Of a stretch of DNA of 64,000 bases, positions 39,470 to 47,907 are shown piece by piece; position 1 is the first letter of the stretch, and every line of letters starts with the position of its first letter. The stretch covers positions 6,101-70,100 of the forward strand of contig CAMWVR010000001.1 of the NCBI GenBank assembly GCA_947177795.1. Reading direction: 5' to 3'. Origin of the DNA: an uncultured Clostridia bacterium. Lineage in GTDB: Bacteria > Bacillota > Clostridia > Christensenellales > UBA3700. The notes beneath the pieces were generated by a model. That model worked only from the letters and a program-made list of their open reading frames with translations, did no database searches and was not told the origin of the DNA. Made by a program: the position numbers and the translations under genes.

Positions 39470-39478
39470 CTTTTCTTA

Positions 39479-42400
39479 TTACAATCTATTCATCAATCTT
39501 TGCTCTTTGAGCAAATCCTGATATCTCTCGATCTGATCTTCTCTGAGGTCGATCATATTCTTTGCGGCTTTGCAAGCCTGAGCGTCGGCGACGACGACTT
39601 CGGTCTCTTTGACTTTGATCTTAGTGCCGTCGTTGGTGGCGTCTTTGCGGATATCCTTGAGATACTCGTCTTCCATTCTGAAGAGAGCCACGGTCGTGTC
39701 TTTCTTTATCGTCAGCTTGATGAGCGGATTGACCGAAGACTGACCCAAGAGAATGAAGTAAGTGGACTTTTTCTCTTTGCACTTGTCTTTCTTCAAAGCG
39801 TATTCTCTAAGGCTGTCAAAGTACTTTTGTTGGGTCTTGGAGAGTTTTGCATAAGCTTCGTCGAGCGTAAGTCTGGGAGCCTTTTCTTTGACTACCGCCG
39901 CGCGGGGAGCCGCGTGAACCTTGACTTCTTTCTCCACGACTTTTTCCACCACCTTCTCGACAGGCACTTCGACTCTCACTTCTTTTTCCACGATCTTTTC
40001 GACGGGCACCTCTTTCTCGACGATTTTCTCGACCTCTACGGGTACTTCGACAATCTTCTCCACGGGCACTTCCACGACTTTTTCGATTATCTGCGGTTCT
40101 GCCACTGCGGCGGCGAGAGGTCTCTCGTCGTTGCGCTCAAGGAGTTTTTCGATGAGCATCTCTTGATTTTTCATCATTTGATTCATACGCTCGTCGTTGC
40201 GCTCCATCATCTTTTGCATATTCTTATCGTTCTTGTCAATCAGCTCTTTGATCGTATTATCGTTGCTTGCAGGTTGAGGCAACATTTGTTGCATACCGGG
40301 GAGCAACGCCGTGACGGTGTCGGAGATGATAGCTCTGACGTCTTCGGGAGCCATGCCGCGCTGAATGCCCATATATGCGCCTCCGCCCTGCGGCGCGCCG
40401 TCGGGTCCGGGTCCCATATTGGCTCCGCCGAACATACGCATGAACATCATCTGCATATCCTCGTCTCTGCGGCGATACTCCTCTTCTCTGCGCATATTGT
40501 CTTCTTCGCGGTGACGGCGATATTCGTCGTCTCTGCGAGAATACTCTGCCTCTCTCTTGCGCTCGTCGAGGTCTTTTTGGTTGCGGTTATACTCTTCGAG
40601 GCTCTCCTCGTAATTCTCTTCCGCCTTGTTGCGTCTGCTCTTGGCGGCGACCATCATGATCAAAGACACCACTGCCAAGCCGATCATGACGCAGGCTATC
40701 GCCGTCCATATCGACATCGCAATACCCAAGAATGACGACGACGTTCCCAAATACGCCATTGCGTAGGCTGACGTATCCAGCTTATCGGATTTTTTCTTAT
40801 ACTTCTTACGCTCGTTGTCAAACTTGGCTGTCTTGGCGAGGAATATTATCGTCAGCAACAGCGAAATTGCAATGGCAATTATCTGCCAAATCGGATAGTC
40901 TTTGAATTTTTGGAGTATCGCGCCAAAGTCGATACCGTTGCCGTCGTTTCCGTCACTTCCACCCGGATTATTACCGCTCGGATTGCTAGGATTGCTTGGA
41001 TCGTCGGGATCGTTGGGAGTGGTATTGGGCGCGTCGGGATCGACGTTGGGATAATTTGGGTTTTTGGGATCGTTGGGGTCATAAAGTCCGCCTGCGATGT
41101 CCGCCTCCGTGAGGCTGAAGGTCAAATAATCCGTATCGAAGTCAGAGCCGTAGCCGTCTGCGACGGAGAATTTGATGTTGTTCTGATAAGCGGGCTTAAT
41201 AGACGCCTTGATCTTATATACGGTATCTTTGACGAGGTCTGTCACCGAAGTGATTTCGTTGCCTGCCTCGTCCGTGATAGTATACTCTATTGCGTTGATT
41301 TGACCGAATGCAAGATCGAGCACGGGCGGTCTTGCGGAATTCTTCCAAGTCGGAGTGATCTCTGCGGGAGTGATCTCAAATTCAAATCTCGTGTCGCCGT
41401 CGATGACGAATCTGTTGGCGTAAGCCGACTTGAGCGTGATCTCCACCCAATACTTACCGCACTCGACGGGAGCTCCGCCCATGAGCGTAAATCCGTCTTC
41501 TTTGAAATAAGCGAGGTCGAAATAACCGTTGTTGAGATTTGCGCCCGTAGTCTGCACCGTGACCTGTCTGGGTTGGGTATTATAAGAGAACGTCGTCTTT
41601 GCAGGCGACACGCCCACCTTGATGATAGAAGCGTTGATAGCGCCTATCATAAAAGGTCTGGACTGCGGATTGGACTTGTCGAACTTATAGTTGACGCTGT
41701 CGGTCAGCGACGGAACTGCCACGTACCACTTTGCGCCGTCCGCAGGCAACTCGAGATCGTTAGCAGTCAAGCCCGTTGCGCCCGCAGGTATAGTGCCGTT
41801 GGAATCCGTCTCGTAATACGTATATTGCACGATAGTGTCGGCTGCGGGGTCTTTGAGAGCCAATACGTTGAAATTCTTGTTGGTGTCGGGATGAGGCACG
41901 CTCTGCCAGCTTGCCGTAGATATCGTGCGAGGCACGACTTCCCAAGGCTGTTCCCAAGTGAACGTACCGTCGTAAGTGACGGGATCGTCTGGGTCTGAAG
42001 GATTAGGCTTGACGGGCAAGATATAATTGCCCACGTAATCGGGATCGAGCTCGAATTCCACCGACGCCGTACCCGTGTCGCCCACCGTTGCGCCTTGATT
42101 GGTGGAATATCCTTGAACCAACAAGCCCTTGGGCAGCGTCTTCGGGTCGAGCGTAGCAGACACTGCCACACCGCCGTTATACGCCAACTGTCCGTTGTCG
42201 AGCCACTTGACGTCGGTCAAGTCAAAGAGCGCAGGGTCTATCTTCCAATTTATCGTAAAGGTGATGACCGAAGCCAAATCGCCGTCTTTCCACACGTCGA
42301 CGATCGTCGTATAGCTGTCTACATTGTAGCCCTTCTTGGTATTGGTAGACGCAGGATCTGTGGTGTCCATCTTGTAGCCGTCGTTGTAACTCGTCGTCTT

Positions 42401-44929
42401 GACGGAATACCCCGTCGGACAAGCCGAAGCCTTGAACTCGGTGTATTTGCCCGAATAAGATATGGTCTGCTTTGTGAAAGTGACTTCTTTGGGATTGCTG
42501 TCTATGTCGCAATCCATATAAAAGCCCGTCTGCGCCTTTCCGCCGACGTACAACTGCCATCTGAGCACGTTTTTGCTCGACTCGTTCACTTGCAGCGTCG
42601 GAGAATTGGTAAACTCTATTTTATACTCCGCCGAAGAACAATTTCCCGTCAAAGTATATAAACTCGTATGGTGAGTCACGGTGGCGAGATTAAGCGTAAC
42701 GTTTTCCGATCCGCTTCCGTCCGTCAGCGTAACTTTGCTTGATATCGTCTTGGGAGAAGAACCCGACCGCTGAGCTCTCACTGTGAATTCTAATGGATAA
42801 TCCTCAAATATTTGATTGGGCTGAACTGTCAACACCGACTTGACGGTGTCGCCCTCTTTGCCCTTAAGGGCGGCGGTAGTTCCGTCGTCTGCCGTAAGCG
42901 TAGCTTTGACAGTCGCCTTCTCTATCTCGAATGCCAGCTTGCCGTCTGTCGGCGAGCCCTTTGCCCATTGATAATAATCGGGGAGTTTGAGACCAAAGGT
43001 CAATTCATATTTTTTGACGTCGACGGCTTTGTAATTCCAATCGTCCACGTTGGTCACGCCCGTAGGGGGCGTCACGCTGACTAAGTCGTCGAAATAATAT
43101 TTGCCCGTCAAGTCCTCAAGATCGTCTAAATAATCTTGATCGTAATACAGCTCGAATGTAACGCCGTTCTTACCCGCAAAGTCTTCTTTGCCGTCGCCGT
43201 TCCATTTGGGGAATGTCAAATACCTCTTGATTACTTTGAATTTAATAGTGATAGCGTCCGTCGTGCCGTCCGACCAACTGTCCGTCTTGTCTATGAGTTC
43301 CAACTTGACGGAATAAGAATCATACGGATCCTTAGGCATTTCCTCGACTGAGCCCTTGTAATACGTAGCCTTGACTCTGTCTTTAAAGTCCTTCGTCCAC
43401 CAATCTGCGGCGGCCGCTGACGCGGCAAAATCAAGATCCAAGGCGCTGCCCGTATACTCTACCTCTACGTCCTTTGGTTCAGCGAGTTTGGGCGCCGCGG
43501 CATCCGCGGCAGAGGAAAGATTTAAGTTAAGCGCAGGACGCACAGCGAACTCAGACGCGCGCACGTAATCATAGTCCCGATCGCCCGCGGAGGTCAGCGT
43601 ATAGGCACCGTTCGAATTACTGCCAGAGCCCGACCTCAGCCAGGCCTGCGCTGCGGTAGAAGAACTATTGCTATACTTACGTTGAGAGTCGTTAAGGGCC
43701 CAAAGTCCCGTAATGCCCGTACCCGTTCCGTTCTCGCCGACTTCTGCCCAGCTTGGGAGCCACAACAAGTCGTCGCCCCAATCAAAATAAGTCGGGTCGT
43801 TGCTCGCAGAGCTGTAGACCAACGTCGTCGAGCCGATCGAAACGTTGGTGTCTTTCACTGACTTTTCTTGCTCGTAATGCACGGGGCAAGATGCGTTATA
43901 TTGGTTATACCATCTATTGTTGTTATATCCGCTAGTGGGCATGCCCATAGACGAAGGCAACTTATTCTTCGACGCCTCGTTCTGTCCGCTGCCCCACTGG
44001 TGGCTTGAATCGTTTTTGCCGTTGACCGTCAATATGTCGTAGAAGTTCTCGTCTTGCATATAGAGCACGTCTTTTGGCTTGACGAGGAAGTTGGTGACGT
44101 TTTTCTTTGCGGTGATGTCCGTGAAAATCGACCAATCGGCGCTGTAATTGGATATTGCGTTGGCAGCCGTCAACGGCGTCAAAGTGCTTGCCGACGTTGC
44201 GTATTTCACGTCTTTTCCCGCGCTGTCTTTGCCGTTGAGCAAAATAGATCTTATCATCGACGAGCTGTAAAAAGACGAAGCGTATTTTTCGGTATGTTTC
44301 CAATGCGCGTTACCCGACGTGCTTTGTTGCCAACCGTTCCAATAAGTCTTATAGTTGTCGATCGGGTCCTTGAGCATCAAGGTGAGCACCACGTCGCCTT
44401 TGCTTACGTCAGCCGACGTACCCGTCGTGGTCAAAGCCACCACGCTCCACACGTGACCGCCGAAAGTGACTTCAATGTTCTTTCCGCCCGTCAAAGTGCG
44501 GATATCCTCGGAGTTCATACCGTAATGGATAGATCCCACGTATGCGTTGGAGTATCCATTGGTCGACGTGTTGGGGATATAGGTGTTGTCCCCCGCCTTG
44601 GTTGCGTTGTATTGCGACTTATCCATTTCCGTCTTCACGTCGGCAAGAGTTGCGTCGGCTGTCTTTCCCGACAGCGCGTTGAAGAGCGCAGTCAAATTGT
44701 CTATATTGAATATACTCTTGTCTTGAAGTTGAGTCGCATTGTCTCCTCGATTGGGCGAGAGCAACTCTCCTATCGGCACGATTCCCGACTCGTTGGTCGG
44801 ATTTACCTTTGCTGCATTAGCAACCAAATTGACTTGTCCAGCCAATACCAAACTCATTATTGCGCACAATACTATTATCATGCTGAGCAATAAATATAAT
44901 CGCTTTTTTGCATTCATAGTCCTTTGCAT
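39479..44929 (-). CDS. 1816-aa membrane-anchored surface protein; DGR target
   Basis: Signal peptide (LLLSMIIVLCAIMSLVLAGQVNLVANA). The N-terminal ~470-aa domain ends in the VR. A long stalk of Ig-like repeats follows, then hydrophobic segments IWQIIAIAISLLLTIIFLA and IAMSIWTAIACVMIGLAVVSLIMMVAA, then a highly charged tail. Confidence 0.9.
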   Translation of the reverse strand: MQRTMNAKKRLYLLLSMIIVLCAIMSLVLAGQVNLVANAAKVNPTNESGIVPIGELLSPNRGDNATQLQDKSIFNIDNLTALFNALSGKTADATLADVKTEMDKSQYNATKAGDNTYIPNTSTNGYSNAYVGSIHYGMNSEDIRTLTGGKNIEVTFGGHVWSVVALTTTGTSADVSKGDVVLTLMLKDPIDNYKTYWNGWQQSTSGNAHWKHTEKYASSFYSSSMIRSILLNGKDSAGKDVKYATSASTLTPLTAANAISNYSADWSIFTDITAKKNVTNFLVKPKDVLYMQDENFYDILTVNGKNDSSHQWGSGQNEASKNKLPSSMGMPTSGYNNNRWYNQYNASCPVHYEQEKSVKDTNVSIGSTTLVYSSASNDPTYFDWGDDLLWLPSWAEVGENGTGTGITGLWALNDSQRKYSNSSSTAAQAWLRSGSGSNSNGAYTLTSAGDRDYDYVRASEFAVRPALNLNLSSAADAAAPKLAEPKDVEVEYTGSALDLDFAASAAAADWWTKDFKDRVKATYYKGSVEEMPKDPYDSYSVKLELIDKTDSWSDGTTDAITIKFKVIKRYLTFPKWNGDGKEDFAGKNGVTFELYYDQDYLDDLEDLTGKYYFDDLVSVTPPTGVTNVDDWNYKAVDVKKYELTFGLKLPDYYQWAKGSPTDGKLAFEIEKATVKATLTADDGTTAALKGKEGDTVKSVLTVQPNQIFEDYPLEFTVRAQRSGSSPKTISSKVTLTDGSGSENVTLNLATVTHHTSLYTLTGNCSSAEYKIEFTNSPTLQVNESSKNVLRWQLYVGGKAQTGFYMDCDIDSNPKEVTFTKQTISYSGKYTEFKASACPTGYSVKTTSYNDGYKMDTTDPASTNTKKGYNVDSYTTIVDVWKDGDLASVITFTINWKIDPALFDLTDVKWLDNGQLAYNGGVAVSATLDPKTLPKGLLVQGYSTNQGATVGDTGTASVEFELDPDYVGNYILPVKPNPSDPDDPVTYDGTFTWEQPWEVVPRTISTASWQSVPHPDTNKNFNVLALKDPAADTIVQYTYYETDSNGTIPAGATGLTANDLELPADGAKWYVAVPSLTDSVNYKFDKSNPQSRPFMIGAINASIIKVGVSPAKTTFSYNTQPRQVTVQTTGANLNNGYFDLAYFKEDGFTLMGGAPVECGKYWVEITLKSAYANRFVIDGDTRFEFEITPAEITPTWKNSARPPVLDLAFGQINAIEYTITDEAGNEITSVTDLVKDTVYKIKASIKPAYQNNIKFSVADGYGSDFDTDYLTFSLTEADIAGGLYDPNDPKNPNYPNVDPDAPNTTPNDPDDPSNPSNPSGNNPGGSDGNDGNGIDFGAILQKFKDYPIWQIIAIAISLLLTIIFLAKTAKFDNERKKYKKKSDKLDTSAYAMAYLGTSSSFLGIAMSIWTAIACVMIGLAVVSLIMMVAAKSRRNKAEENYEESLEEYNRNQKDLDERKREAEYSRRDDEYRRHREEDNMRREEEYRRRDEDMQMMFMRMFGGANMGPGPDGAPQGGGAYMGIQRGMAPEDVRAIISDTVTALLPGMQQMLPQPASNDNTIKELIDKNDKNMQKMMERNDERMNQMMKNQEMLIEKLLERNDERPLAAAVAEPQIIEKVVEVPVEKIVEVPVEVEKIVEKEVPVEKIVEKEVRVEVPVEKVVEKVVEKEVKVHAAPRAAVVKEKAPRLTLDEAYAKLSKTQQKYFDSLREYALKKDKCKEKKSTYFILLGQSSVNPLIKLTIKKDTTVALFRMEDEYLKDIRKDATNDGTKIKVKETEVVVADAQACKAAKNMIDLREDQIERYQDLLKEQRLMNRL
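43529..43650 (-). repeat. DGR variable repeat (VR), codons ~427-467 of the target
   Basis: Gap-free 122-nt alignment to TR 45599-45720. All 13 mismatches are at plus-strand T of TR, which is A on the coding strand. It encodes AQAWLRSGSGSNSNGAYTLTSAGDRDYDYVRASEFAVRPAL. Confidence 0.9.
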
Positions 44930-44970
44930 TTTTCTCTATCTCCTGTCGCTTTTTAAGCTATAATCTGAAT

Positions 44971-45000
44971 ATCGAATTTTCTATGTATCGAATTTTCTAT
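44971..45000. promoter_or_regulatory. tandem ATCGAATTTTCTAT motif upstream of the DGR target gene
   Basis: Two copies (44971-44984 and 44987-45000) lie 40-70 nt upstream of start 44929. A third copy lies upstream of the RT gene. Confidence 0.45.
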
Positions 45001-45187
45001 ACCTCTATTGTACAAAATCTCAAAAATTTTAGCAATACTTTTTTTACAATTTCGTTGTTTTTTCGGATTTCGTTTGAATTATATAACTTTTGTTTACAAA
45101 AAAGTAGCCTACCGCTTGCATTTTTACTGAGATTTTTATGCTTTTCGCAATTATTGCGAGGTTTTTTGTCGATTTTTGCTTACGTTA

Positions 45188-45406
45188 TTGAGATTTCTCC
45201 GCTCCACTTCGCTTCGGTCGAAATGACATTATGAGGTGTCGTTACTTCGACATTATTTTGTCACTCCGACATTCTTTTGTCATTTCGAGCGCAGTCGAGA
45301 AATCTAATCCTTTTTGTCACCTCGACCGCAGCGGAGAGGTCTAATCCTTTTATCTTCATACTGTTTGAGATTTCTCCGCTCCGCTTCGCTTCGGTCGAAA
45401 TGACAT
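45188..45406. repeat. intergenic repeat cluster E
   Basis: R unit, two half-units, two F units, then TTATCTTCATACTGTTTGAGATTTCTCC...TCGAAATGACAT. Confidence 0.85.
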
Positions 45407-45410
45407 AATT

Positions 45411-45598
45411 AAAAAAGTCCGACTGCCTTACCCAAAAGGCTGGTATTCACAAAGTCGGTTCTCGACGTCGTTATACAGTCGGACAGGTTTCGCCGTAATT
45501 ACTCACGGCAGGACGCAAGCCCCTTCATACTCTTTTCATCAGTCCGCCTATCCTTGAATATGACGGATACGGGAAAACTTGCTCTGGGCAAGCGAGTG
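45411..45598 (-). ncRNA. structured region 3' of TR (candidate DGR RNA spacer/priming region) ending in a terminator
   Basis: On the minus strand it lies immediately after TR. Nested stems are GCCGT/ACGGC (45492-45509) and GCCTT/AAGGC (45425-45440). A 9-bp closing stem GTCCGACTG/CAGTCGGAC (45417-45425 / 45476-45484) is followed by TTTTTT. Confidence 0.5.
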
Positions 45599-45720
45599 AA
45601 GCGCAGGACGCACAGCGAACTCAGACGCGCGCACGTTATCATTGTTTCGATCGCCCGCGGAGGTCAGCGTTTAGGCATTGTTCGAATTATTGTTATTGCC
45701 CGACCTCAGCCAGGCCTGTG
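45599..45720 (-). repeat. DGR template repeat (TR)
   Basis: Non-coding copy of the VR. In the VR frame it reads QAWLRSG NNNN S NN A (TAA) TLTSAGDR NN D N VRASEFAVRPAL, so AAY codons sit exactly at the VR-variable positions. It lies 70 nt downstream of avd. Confidence 0.9.
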
Positions 45721-45789
45721 AGCCTTCCTTGAATCAGAAAACTTACGCCCTTCTGTATATATTATATTACAATATATGTCGAAATGCAA

Positions 45790-46275
45790 TCATAATTTGT
45801 CTTTTGTCGCCTTGACCCAACCCGTCAAGAGCTTTCGCACGTCGGCAATCTGCTTGACGATGATCGTCATCTGTCTGACGCTTATCGCCTGCTTGGTCTT
45901 GGCGGTCTCGGTATAGAAGTCCAACAGATTGAGCGAGACCATGGCTTTCTTTTGCCATGTGATACGATCTTCGCCCCGCATATAGTTTGCCATATATAGA
46001 TTCTCGATGACGTCGATCGAGCAATTGATGAGTCGCGAGACGATATTCCACCTCAATTTGGCGGGCGACTTCTCCGTGATGACGAAAATATATTCGCTCA
46101 GCTTCTTGGCGTGAGTGAACACTGCCATTTCCTTATCCCTCGGCGTGTCGAAATCGTGAATTCGGAATGGCTTGCGGCTTGCTTTGCCAAGCTCGGGTTG
46201 ACACGGCGGTACGCCGAGTTCTGCATCAATCTCTTTGTTCAAGGCCTCTAAAGCCTTGTCTTCTTCGTTTTGCAT
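45790..46275 (-). CDS. avd: DGR accessory variability determinant (Avd, four-helix-bundle protein)
   Basis: Small helical basic protein between the RT and TR. The ATG at 46275 follows AAGGAG and lies 1 nt after the RT stop. The track ORF begins at an upstream TTG (46302). Confidence 0.75.
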   Translation of the reverse strand: MQNEEDKALEALNKEIDAELGVPPCQPELGKASRKPFRIHDFDTPRDKEMAVFTHAKKLSEYIFVITEKSPAKLRWNIVSRLINCSIDVIENLYMANYMRGEDRITWQKKAMVSLNLLDFYTETAKTKQAISVRQMTIIVKQIADVRKLLTGWVKATKDKL

Positions 46276-46276
46276 A

Positions 46277-47398
46277 TTATTCTTTTTCTCCTTTGTGTTC
46301 AAAAGTCAATTTTGACTCCAATTCTTTCTCGAATTTGTAGCTGTGCGCATGCGTCAAATGCCCGTGGAACGCCGCCTGCGAGCTCTTGACCCGCTCAAGC
46401 GGTATCAAATCTTCAAGATAAGCCTTCTTGAGCAATCTCGCCCGCCACCTCAAACGCCGCTTGGTGGCTTTTTTGACGACTTTCACTACCCTGCCGTCTT
46501 CCGTCATGATAAAGCGGAATCCAAGATACGTCACGCCGTTTTTGATTGGGAATATCTGCGTCTTGTCATTGAGATAAAGCCCCAATTCTTTGACGGTCTT
46601 TTTGATCTCTTCAAGGGCGAGTTTCACAACCTCCAAGTCTTGGTGCAACAGCACGAAGTCGTCCATATACCTAGAGTATACCTTGAATCGCAGTTTTTCC
46701 TTGACGAGTCTGTCGACCTTGTCGAGATAGAACATCCCAAAGACTTGGCTCGTCTGATTGCCGATAGGTATCCCCCTGCCCGTCGTCTTGCCGTCTGCGC
46801 CCAACGGCTCTATGCCGTATTTGGTCAAGAAAGACTTGCCCGAATGGTAACTGTCTATTATGTCCCGCACTATCTTCTTGATCTTCTCGTCTTGGATATG
46901 CTTGCATACCGTCTGCTTTAAAAGCGTGTGCGGCATGCTTGGAAAATATTTCAATATGTCGCACTTGAGAAAATACCCCGTCCTGCCGTGCTGTCTCACG
47001 TAGTCCTTGAGCTTTCTCTCAAATCTGTCCAATGCAAAATGCGCCCCCTTGCCCTCTTGGCAGGCGCAATTGTCTACTATCGTGTGCCGTAAAAAATAAG
47101 GGGCTAGCAAGTCGTCGCATATGACGTGCTGCACCACCCTGTTTGCATACGGCAACGTCTGAATTTCTCTCTTCTTGGGTTCTTCGATTATAAAGCTGTG
47201 GTATCTCCCCACCTTGTACCTGCCGCTCATCAGCTCCGAATGCAATTCGTTGAGATGACTCAACATCGTCATTTCAAAGCGTACCAACGGCTTTTTGTCC
47301 CTCTTGCAGCGTCTTCCGCGCAAGTGCGCTCTATAGAGCGCCTCGTAAGTAAATAGTTCTTCAAAAGTTTTTGTAATCACTTCTATATGATACAGCAA
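46277..47398 (-). CDS. DGR-type reverse transcriptase
   Basis: RT motifs include IPIGNQTSQ (the DGR-specific I/LGxxxSQ) and the YMDD catalytic box (SRYMDDFVLL). The start codon is uncertain (TTG at 47398 or GTG at 47380). Confidence 0.9.
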   Translation of the reverse strand: MLYHIEVITKTFEELFTYEALYRAHLRGRRCKRDKKPLVRFEMTMLSHLNELHSELMSGRYKVGRYHSFIIEEPKKREIQTLPYANRVVQHVICDDLLAPYFLRHTIVDNCACQEGKGAHFALDRFERKLKDYVRQHGRTGYFLKCDILKYFPSMPHTLLKQTVCKHIQDEKIKKIVRDIIDSYHSGKSFLTKYGIEPLGADGKTTGRGIPIGNQTSQVFGMFYLDKVDRLVKEKLRFKVYSRYMDDFVLLHQDLEVVKLALEEIKKTVKELGLYLNDKTQIFPIKNGVTYLGFRFIMTEDGRVVKVVKKATKRRLRWRARLLKKAYLEDLIPLERVKSSQAAFHGHLTHAHSYKFEKELESKLTFEHKGEKE

Positions 47399-47487
47399 AA
47401 CGGCTTTTTTTCAAAGTGATTTCAAAGCAATTCAAGTAAAAAAACGCTTACTTTCGCCGCCTTATTCAACCGCCGCAAAATTCTTAT

Positions 47488-47501
47488 ATCGAATTTTCTA
47501 T
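47488..47501. promoter_or_regulatory. ATCGAATTTTCTAT motif upstream of the RT gene, inside an AACCGCCG/CGGCGGTT stem
   Basis: The same 14-mer as at 44971 and 44987, about 90-100 nt upstream of the RT start. Confidence 0.4.
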
Positions 47502-47544
47502 ATCGGCGGTTTTGCCACGGTTTGCAGTGGTATAATATATAGTT

Positions 47545-47570
47545 AAAAACGGTCACATCGACCGTTTTTT
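47545..47570. terminator. bidirectional rho-independent terminator
   Basis: AAAAACGGTC-acatc-GACCGTTTTTT. Confidence 0.7.
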
Positions 47571-47572
47571 CC

Positions 47573-47876
47573 GTCACCTCAACACTCTTCTGTCACCTCG
47601 ACACTCTTCTGCCACTACGATACTCTTCTGCCACTCCGACACTTTTCTGTCACCTCGAGCGAAGTCGAGAGGTCTCTATCCGTTTATCTTCATACTGTTT
47701 GAGATTTCTCCATTCCGCTACGCTACAGTCGAAATGACATTTCATAGATTCTTCGACTTCGTTTCACTACGCTCAGAATGACTCGTTTAGAGCGATTGTG
47801 ACACATTCAACGAGTCACCCCGAGCGTAGTCGAAGGGTCTTTTTGTCACCTCGACCGCAGCGGAGAGGTCTCTATC
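47573..47876. repeat. intergenic repeat cluster F
   Basis: Four tandem ~19-bp half-units (GTCACCTCGACACTCTTCT-like), then F, R, R-variant and two F units. Confidence 0.85.
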
Positions 47877-47907
47877 ATTTTAAATCGAATAGACTTGTCG
47901 ACTTCAC

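Noticed and set aside
47573-47660. Possible CRISPR array, from regularly spaced ~19-bp GTCACCTCGAC... units here and in clusters C, D and E
   Set aside because: The units are contiguous degenerate tandem copies with no unique spacers between them. They are far shorter than CRISPR repeat-spacer periods, and no cas genes are present in the window.
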